Made by a program: the position numbers and the translations under genes. The notes beneath the pieces were generated by a model that searched no databases, was not told where the DNA came from, and was given only the letters and a program-made list of their open reading frames with translations. From Alphaproteobacteria bacterium (GTDB lineage: Bacteria > Pseudomonadota > Alphaproteobacteria > UBA828), in NCBI GenBank assembly GCA_963667785.2, contig CAXXMU010000006.1:800001-864000 (forward strand): 64,000 bases of DNA. The letters are read 5' to 3'. Positions 57,846 to 64,000 of this stretch are shown here, in pieces; the stretch's first letter is position 1, and the number at the start of each line of letters is the position of its first letter.

Positions 57846-59066
57846 GTGAGCGATACCCCATCGCCCGCCGGCGGAAGCGGCGCGCCCGCGCCGGCCCAGC
57901 CCGGCTTCTCGCGCGAGGAGTACGCGGCCCGGATCGCGAAGACCCGGCGCGCGATGGACGAGAGAGGGCTCGAGCTCCTCGTCGTCTCCGACCCCTCCAA
58001 CATGGCGTGGCTGACCGGCTACGACGGCTGGTCCTTCTACGTGCACCAGTGCGTGCTGCTGGCGCTGGACGGCGATCCGGTGTGGTTCGGGCGCGGCATG
58101 GACGCCAACGGGGCGAAGCGCACCGTGTTCATGGCGCCGGACGATATCGTCGCCTACGCCGACCACTACGTGATGTCCACCGAGCGCCACCCGATGGACT
58201 ATCTGAGCGAGGTCATCGCCGGGCGCGGCTGGGGTACTGCGCGGATCGGCGTCGAGATGGACAACTACTACTTCAGCGCCGCCGCGTACCGCTCGCTGGA
58301 GAGCCATCTCCCCGACGCGACGCTGCTCGACGCGACGGGCCTCGTGAACTGGCAGCGGCTGGTGAAGTCGGAGACCGAGATCGCCTACATGAGGAACGCC
58401 GCGCGCATCGTGGAGAAGATGCACGCACGCATCCTGGAGGTGATCGAGCCCGGCATGCGCAAGAACGAGCTGGTGGCGGAGATCTACCACGCGGCGATTA
58501 CCGGCGTGGAGGGCGCCGGCGGCGACTACCCCGCCATCGTGCCGATGCTGCCGACCGGCATCGACGCGTCCGCCGCGCATCTCACCTGGGACGACAGGCC
58601 GATGCGGGCGGGCGAGGCAACCTTCTTCGAGATCGCCGGCGTCTACAGGCGCTACCACTGCCCGCTCTGCCGCACGGTCTTCCTGGGCAGGCCGTCCGCC
58701 CGCGAGCGCGACGCCGAAGGCGCGCTGCTGGAGGCCATCGAGGCGGGGCTCGACGCCGCCCGGCCGGGAAACCTCTGCGAGGACATCCACCGCGCGTTCA
58801 CCGACTCGCTCGCCCGCCACGGCCTGACCAAGGAGAGCCGCTGCGGCTACTCCATCGGCCTCAGCTACCCGCCCGACTGGGGCGAGCGCACGCTGAGCAT
58901 CCGACCGGGAGACCGCACCCTGCTGCAGCCGAACATGACCATCCACTTCATGCCGGCGCTCTGGTTCGAGGACTGGGGCCTGGAGATCACCGAGAGCATC
59001 CGCATCACCGAATCGGGCGCGGAGACGCTGGCGAGCTGGCCGCGAGAGCTGCGGGCGAAGCCGTGA
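57846..59066 (+). CDS. doeA: Ectoine hydrolase DoeA/EutD-like M24 family protein
   Basis: DPSNMAWLTGYDGWSFYVHQ, LVNWQR.VKS, GGDYPAIVPM, GYSIGLSYPPDWGERT. AGGAG before GTG 57846. Confidence 0.82.
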   Translation: MSDTPSPAGGSGAPAPAQPGFSREEYAARIAKTRRAMDERGLELLVVSDPSNMAWLTGYDGWSFYVHQCVLLALDGDPVWFGRGMDANGAKRTVFMAPDDIVAYADHYVMSTERHPMDYLSEVIAGRGWGTARIGVEMDNYYFSAAAYRSLESHLPDATLLDATGLVNWQRLVKSETEIAYMRNAARIVEKMHARILEVIEPGMRKNELVAEIYHAAITGVEGAGGDYPAIVPMLPTGIDASAAHLTWDDRPMRAGEATFFEIAGVYRRYHCPLCRTVFLGRPSARERDAEGALLEAIEAGLDAARPGNLCEDIHRAFTDSLARHGLTKESRCGYSIGLSYPPDWGERTLSIRPGDRTLLQPNMTIHFMPALWFEDWGLEITESIRITESGAETLASWPRELRAKP

Positions 59067-59093
59067 GCCGCACGGACGCGCGGCCGGGGCTGG

Positions 59094-59876
59094 TCAGGGC
59101 AGGGTGACCAGTCCGCCGGACGCCACGTAGGTCTGGCCGGTGATGAAACCGGCGGCGTCGCTGAGCAGGAAGTGGGTGAGCGCGGTGATGTCCTCCGGGG
59201 TGCCGGTCCGGCCCGCAGGCGTGCCGGCCACGATGCGTTGGCGCATCTCCTCGCTCATGTCGCGCGTCATGTCCGTGTCGACCAGCCCCGGCGCCACGCA
59301 GTTGACGCGGATCGCAGGCCCGAAGGCGACCGCGCAGTTGCGCGCGAAGCCGATGATGGCGGACTTCGACGTGCCGTAGGCGATCAGCCTGTCCGGTCGC
59401 ATCGTGGTGGGCGCGAGGCCGTTGATCGAGGAGATGCAGACGATGCGGCCGTCGCCGCCGGCCCGCATGCCCTCCTTGGCCCGCCACACGCAGTGAAAGG
59501 TGCCGTCCAGGTTCACCGACAGGATGCGGCGCCAGAGATCGACGGGCATGTCGACGTCGTCCTGGAACGACGCGATCCCGGCGTTGGTGACCAGGAGGTC
59601 GACGGAACCCCTCTCCGCCTCGATGCGCCGGAACATCGCGTCGGTCGCCGCGAAGGAGGAGACATCGGCGCGATAGACGCCGCCCTCGCCGCCGTCGGCC
59701 CTGATCTCGGCCAGCGTCTCCGCCGCCGCCTCGTCACTCGACGAGTGGTTGACCGCCACCCAGGCGCCGGCCTGCGCGAGCCGCCGGCAGATCGCGCGGC
59801 CGATGCCCCGCGAGCCGCCGGTCACCAGGGCGACGCGCCCAGAGAGGTCCTGTTCGGTCACGGCTGCCCCCGCCAT
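59094..59876 (-). CDS. SDR family oxidoreductase
   Basis: TGGSRGIG, NAGI, YGTSK, VAPG. Confidence 0.9.
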   Translation of the reverse strand: MAGAAVTEQDLSGRVALVTGGSRGIGRAICRRLAQAGAWVAVNHSSSDEAAAETLAEIRADGGEGGVYRADVSSFAATDAMFRRIEAERGSVDLLVTNAGIASFQDDVDMPVDLWRRILSVNLDGTFHCVWRAKEGMRAGGDGRIVCISSINGLAPTTMRPDRLIAYGTSKSAIIGFARNCAVAFGPAIRVNCVAPGLVDTDMTRDMSEEMRQRIVAGTPAGRTGTPEDITALTHFLLSDAAGFITGQTYVASGGLVTLP

Positions 59877-59948
59877 GTCCCCTGCGGCGTGCCGCAGGGC
59901 CGCGGCGTCGGCGAGCCGCGCCCGCCGCCGCCGGTCGGACCGCCGGGC

Positions 59949-60593
59949 TCAGGCCGCCTCGGAGACCGTGAAGCCCTCGCCCACATGCGTGGCCTTCCAC
60001 CAGGGCGCCGTCTCGATCCCCTCCGTCATCCAGCGCGTGACGTTGGCGTGGTTCTCGAGCGGCAGCTTCGCCCAGGCGTGGAGGTGCATCGGCGCCGCCA
60101 CCGCCACGTCGGCGATGGTGGGCTGATCGCCGCAGAGGTAGGCACTGCCGCCCAGGCGCGCATCCATGATGCCCGCCAGCTTGTGGAAGTTGGGCGCCTC
60201 GCCGTCGAGCACCGACTGGTCCGTCTCCGCGCCCAGCAGCGGCTTGACGCAGTTCTCGACCAGATGGACGTAGCAGGTCTGGAACCAGCTCCCGCATTCC
60301 CAGAGCAGCCAGCGGTTCACGTCCGCCCTGGTCGCGAGGTCGGTCGGATAGGCGCTCGCGTTGCCCGCCTTGTCGGCGGCGTACTGCAGGATCGCGTTCG
60401 ATTCCCAGAGGACCAGATCGCCGTCGCGCAGCACCGGGATCGCGGCGTTCGGGTTGAGCGCCACGACGTCCGCGCCCTTCTGCTCGCCCGCGAAATAGTC
60501 GACCTTGGTCAGCGAGTAGTCCGCGCCGATGAGCTTGAGGCCGGCGAGGACCTTGCGACAGTTCACGGTGATCGGGTCGGCGATAATTTCCAT
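59949..60593 (-). CDS. Glutathione S-transferase family protein
   Basis: NCRKV, LNPNAAIPVL, WESNAILQY, TIADV. Confidence 0.88.
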   Translation of the reverse strand: MEIIADPITVNCRKVLAGLKLIGADYSLTKVDYFAGEQKGADVVALNPNAAIPVLRDGDLVLWESNAILQYAADKAGNASAYPTDLATRADVNRWLLWECGSWFQTCYVHLVENCVKPLLGAETDQSVLDGEAPNFHKLAGIMDARLGGSAYLCGDQPTIADVAVAAPMHLHAWAKLPLENHANVTRWMTEGIETAPWWKATHVGEGFTVSEAA

Positions 60594-60842
60594 CGATGTC
60601 TCCCTTGGCCCTGCCGGAGCGCCGGAGCGGCCGCGTCCGGGGCAGATGTGTGATCGTCCCGGTGCGGCACACATGGCGACCGGCACCAGCGATCGGTTCG
60701 GCGCAGAATGTAGTGCATCGCCGGGCGCTGCGCCAAGCGGGGGCCGGCGGCGCCTCCGGGGCCAGGCCCCTGTGCTAGCATGCCTGCCTCGGGCCCCTCG
60801 CCTTCGCCGAGCGAGCGCGACCAACCCCTATCGGAGCGACCC

Positions 60843-61280
60843 ATGGCGGACTTCCACGTGAGCGTCGGCGAGCAGGTCAGGTTCTCCAAGACCGTAGGCG
60901 AGAGCGACATCTACCTCTTCGCCGGCATCACCGGCGACCTGGCCGGCAACCACGTGAACGAGCAGTACATGTCGAAGTCGGCCTACGGCCACCGCATCGC
61001 GCACGGGGCCCTGCTGATCGGCTTCATGTCGACCACGTCGACCATGATGATCGCCCGCTGCGTCGAGCGCGGGATCGACGAGACCCCCGTCTCGCTCGGC
61101 TACAACCGTATCCGCTTCACCGGGCCGGTCTACATCAACGACACGGTCAGCGTGACCTACACGATCGCCGAGATCGACGAGGAGCGCCGGCGCGCACGCG
61201 CCGACATCGAGGTGGTGAACCAGCGGGGCGAGACCGTGGCCGTGGCGCAGCACGTCCTCAAGTGGGTGGCCGACGCGTAG
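60843..61280 (+). CDS. MaoC family (R)-hydratase
   Basis: FAGITGD...H, IAHG, RFTGPV..DT. Confidence 0.88.
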   Translation: MADFHVSVGEQVRFSKTVGESDIYLFAGITGDLAGNHVNEQYMSKSAYGHRIAHGALLIGFMSTTSTMMIARCVERGIDETPVSLGYNRIRFTGPVYINDTVSVTYTIAEIDEERRRARADIEVVNQRGETVAVAQHVLKWVADA

Positions 61281-61391
61281 CGACCGCCCGCCTCCCGCTC
61301 CCACGCGCGGGCCGGCAGCACCCGCAATGGCGCACTCGTAGTCCGGCGCAACTCGTCCGGCGCGTGGGCACACGACGCACGCCCGCGCGCC

Positions 61392-61805
61392 TCACGCCGT
61401 CGATCGGTCTCGCAGCATGTCGCGCAGCGTGCAGAGCTCGTCGAGGACGCGCACGGCACGCGCACGGCTCTCGGGATCGAGCGGGCTCCCCGCCCCGTTC
61501 CCCTCGGGCGCCGCATCTGCGCTGGCGGCACGCACGCTGCGCTCGCGCAGGAGCTTCTGCACGCCCTTCACGGTGTAGCCCTCGGCGCGGAGCAGGTGGT
61601 GGATGTGGCGGAGCAGCGACACGTCCTCCGGCCGGTAGTAGCGCCGGCCGCCGCCCCGCTTCAGCGGTTTGATCTGCGGGAACTTGGTCTCCCAGAAGCG
61701 CAGAACGTGCTGCGGCACTTCCAGCTCGTCGGAGACCTCGCCGATGGTGCGGAACGCATCCGGCGACTTGGGCGCGTCCGCGCGTTCGGGCTCGGCGCCC
61801 TGCAT
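61392..61805 (-). CDS. MerR family regulator (conserved downstream of ihfA)
   Basis: [30 protein letters not shown]. Confidence 0.92.
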   Translation of the reverse strand: MQGAEPERADAPKSPDAFRTIGEVSDELEVPQHVLRFWETKFPQIKPLKRGGGRRYYRPEDVSLLRHIHHLLRAEGYTVKGVQKLLRERSVRAASADAAPEGNGAGSPLDPESRARAVRVLDELCTLRDMLRDRSTA

Positions 61806-61808
61806 CGT

Positions 61809-62177
61809 CTAGGAAGAGGCCGGCTCGTCGGGCCTGTCGCCCTCCGCCGCCGTCTCCGGCCCGTCACCTGGCCCGGCGGGCGCGAGCGAGCGGTTGATAC
61901 GGTCCTTGAGCACGTGGGACGCGCGGAACACAAGCACCCGACGAGGCAGGATGGGCACCTCCTCGCCGGTCTTGGGATTGCGGCCGATGCGCCTGCCCTT
62001 CAGCCGCGCGCTGAAGCTGCCGAACGAGGAGATCTTCACCGGCTCGCCGCGCGCGAGCGCGTCGGAGATCAGGCCGAGTACGGATTCGACCAGATCGGCG
62101 GAGTCCTTGCGTGACAGGCCGATTTCGCGAAAGACAGCCTCGGCGAGATCGGCGCGGGTGACCGTTCGCCCGGCCAT
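61809..62177 (-). CDS. ihfA: Integration host factor alpha
   Basis: [28 protein letters not shown]. Confidence 0.95.
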   Translation of the reverse strand: MAGRTVTRADLAEAVFREIGLSRKDSADLVESVLGLISDALARGEPVKISSFGSFSARLKGRRIGRNPKTGEEVPILPRRVLVFRASHVLKDRINRSLAPAGPGDGPETAAEGDRPDEPASS

Positions 62178-62292
62178 TGTTCTCCCGCCTCCCCTATGGT
62201 GGAGACACGGTACTGCCTTGCGGCCACAGCGTCAACCGCGGCGCACCCGCCGGGCCGGCGGGCGGGCGCAATTGTCGGCCGCGTTCAGAGAG

Positions 62293-63264
62293 TTACAGGC
62301 GAACAACCCCGGCGCCCCAGACCAGCCCGCCGCCGATCGCCTCGATCACCAGCAGGTCCCCCGGCGCGATCCGCCCGTCCTCGATGCCGGCGTTGAGCGC
62401 CAGCGGGATCGAGGCGGACGAGGTGTTGGCGTGGCGGTCCACCGTGACGATCGTCTTCTCCGCCGGGATTCCGAGCTTCTTGCCGGTCGCGTCGATGATG
62501 CGCCGGTTGGCCTGATGCGGGACCAGCCAGTCGACGTCCGCCGCGCCGAGCCCGGCGGCCTCCAGCGCCTCGCCCGCGATGTCGGCCAGGTTGGCGACGG
62601 CGTGGCGGAACACCTCGCGGCCCTGCATCCGCAGGTGGCCCGACGTCTGGGTGGAGGAGACGCCGCCATCCACGTAGAGCGCCTGGTAGTGGCGCCCGTC
62701 GGAGCGCATGCGGACCGAGAGCACGCCCCGGTCCGCGGTGCTGCCGGTGCCCTCTTCGGCCCGCAGCACCGCGGCGCCCGCACCGTCTCCAAAGAGCACG
62801 CAGGTCTGGCGGTCGTCCCAGTCGAGGATGCGCGAGTAGGTCTCCGCGCCGATGATGAGCGCGCTGTCGGCGGCGCCGCTCCGCACCATGCTGTCGGCGA
62901 CCGAGAGCGCGCAGACGAAGCCGGCGCACACGGCCTGCACGTCGAAGGCGATGCCGCCGGTCATGCCGAGGCTCGCCTGCACCTTGGTCGCGGTCGCAGG
63001 GAAGGTGTTGTCGGGCGTCGACGTGGCCAGCACCAGGAGATCGAGGGAGTCCGCCTGCACGCCGGCCGCCTCCAGCGCCGCCCGGCTCGCCGCGCAGGCG
63101 AGGTCCGAGGTCAGCTCGTCATCGGCGGCGACGTGGCGCTGGCGGATGCCGGTGCGGCTCCTGATCCACTCGTCGCTGGTATCGATGCGCGTGCTGAGCT
63201 CGTCGTTGCTGAGCACGCGATCGGGAAGATAGGCGCCGCAGCCGACCAGCCGGGAGCGGCGCAT
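62293..63264 (-). CDS. fabH: Beta-ketoacyl-ACP synthase III
   Basis: [27 protein letters not shown]. Confidence 0.95.
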   Translation of the reverse strand: MRRSRLVGCGAYLPDRVLSNDELSTRIDTSDEWIRSRTGIRQRHVAADDELTSDLACAASRAALEAAGVQADSLDLLVLATSTPDNTFPATATKVQASLGMTGGIAFDVQAVCAGFVCALSVADSMVRSGAADSALIIGAETYSRILDWDDRQTCVLFGDGAGAAVLRAEEGTGSTADRGVLSVRMRSDGRHYQALYVDGGVSSTQTSGHLRMQGREVFRHAVANLADIAGEALEAAGLGAADVDWLVPHQANRRIIDATGKKLGIPAEKTIVTVDRHANTSSASIPLALNAGIEDGRIAPGDLLVIEAIGGGLVWGAGVVRL

Positions 63265-63266
63265 GG

Positions 63267-64000
63267 CTAGAGTGCGGCCCTCTTGGGCTCCGGCAGGTCG
63301 GCGAGCTGGAGGCGGGATAGCTCATCGATGATCTTGGGATTGATCCCCTGGCCCACCATGTCGCAGGCGACGCCGACGGCGTTGGCGAAGCCCTTGTGGT
63401 CGGTACCGCCGTGGCTCTTCACCACGACCCCGTTCACGCCCAGGAACATGGCTCCGTTGTAGGCGCGGGGGTCCACCCGCTCCTTGAGCAGGCGAAGTGC
63501 CGGCCGCGCCAACAGGTAGCCCGCGCGCGAAAACAGCGAGCGGCGGAAGGCGCTCTTCAGATACTCGGTGTAGAGCCGCGCCGTTCCCTCCGCCGACTTG
63601 AGCGCGATGTTGCCGGCGAAGCCGTCGGTGGCGATCACGTCTACCGTGCCGGCGGCGATGTCGTCGGCCTCGACGAAGCCGTGGAATTTGATCGGCAGGC
63701 CGGAGTTGCGAAGCGTCGCGGCGGCGGTGCGGATGGTCTCCGAGCCCTTCAGCTCCTCGGTACCGATATTGAGCAGGCCCACCGTCGGCTCGCGGACGCC
63801 GAGGACATTGCGCGCGAAGACCTCGCCCATCACCGCGAACTGCGCGAGCATCGCCGAATCGCTGTCGATGTTGGCGCCGAGATCGAGCATGACGCTCTCG
63901 CCGCGCACCGTGGGCACGATCGAGCCCATGGCCGGGCGGCCGATCCCCGGCAGGGTCTTGAGCGCGACCTTGGCCAGCGCCATGAGCGCGCCGGTGTTGC
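63267..64000 (-). CDS. plsX: Phosphate acyltransferase PlsX, 5'-truncated by the window edge
   Basis: [33 protein letters not shown]; lies upstream of fabH. Confidence 0.95.
   Translation of the reverse strand, partial: NTGALMALAKVALKTLPGIGRPAMGSIVPTVRGESVMLDLGANIDSDSAMLAQFAVMGEVFARNVLGVREPTVGLLNIGTEELKGSETIRTAAATLRNSGLPIKFHGFVEADDIAAGTVDVIATDGFAGNIALKSAEGTARLYTEYLKSAFRRSLFSRAGYLLARPALRLLKERVDPRAYNGAMFLGVNGVVVKSHGGTDHKGFANAVGVACDMVGQGINPKIIDELSRLQLADLPEPKRAAL

Noticed and set aside
60646-60674. ATGTGTG..CACACAT inverted repeat between the GST and MaoC genes
   Set aside because: Only 7-bp arms with a 15-nt spacer and a single occurrence; too weak to call.

Overview
GC-rich (about 70% by eye) chromosomal window, most likely alphaproteobacterial given the plsX-fabH-ihfA-MerR and rluD-rpoH gene orders. 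About 1-21.6 kb is mostly housekeeping: uvrD, hldE, prpE-like ligase, rsmD, rluB, bactofilin, nth, rpoZ-spoT, gltA, tRNA-Glu(CTC), ltaE, a JAB protein, rluD, rpoH, aroC, fabI, a CDF transporter and alkA, plus one solo RHH/RelE toxin-antitoxin pair. About 21.7-61.3 kb is a long catabolic stretch with no mobility genes. It holds an LLM monooxygenase/flavin reductase/esterase/SDR set, a hydantoinase A/B operon divergent from a CoA ligase and amidase, a Rieske oxygenase-Lrp pair divergent from a GlnT-like ligase-MetX-like hydrolase-ABC transporter operon, DUF917-hydantoinase-racemase, a divergent YrdC/TsaC paralogue and an orphan ectoine hydrolase. 61.4-64 kb returns to housekeeping. The clearest non-coding signal is a 135-180 bp multi-hairpin intergenic repeat in four copies, with compensatory stem changes and ends that overlap neighbouring stop codons. 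Other signals are a 42%-GC patch inside the spoT 3' end, a tandem TTGACATAA before rpoH, a structured low-GC leader before a DM13 gene, and two single-C frameshifts. All calls come from reading motifs by eye; no searches were run, and many start codons were re-chosen from RBS context.
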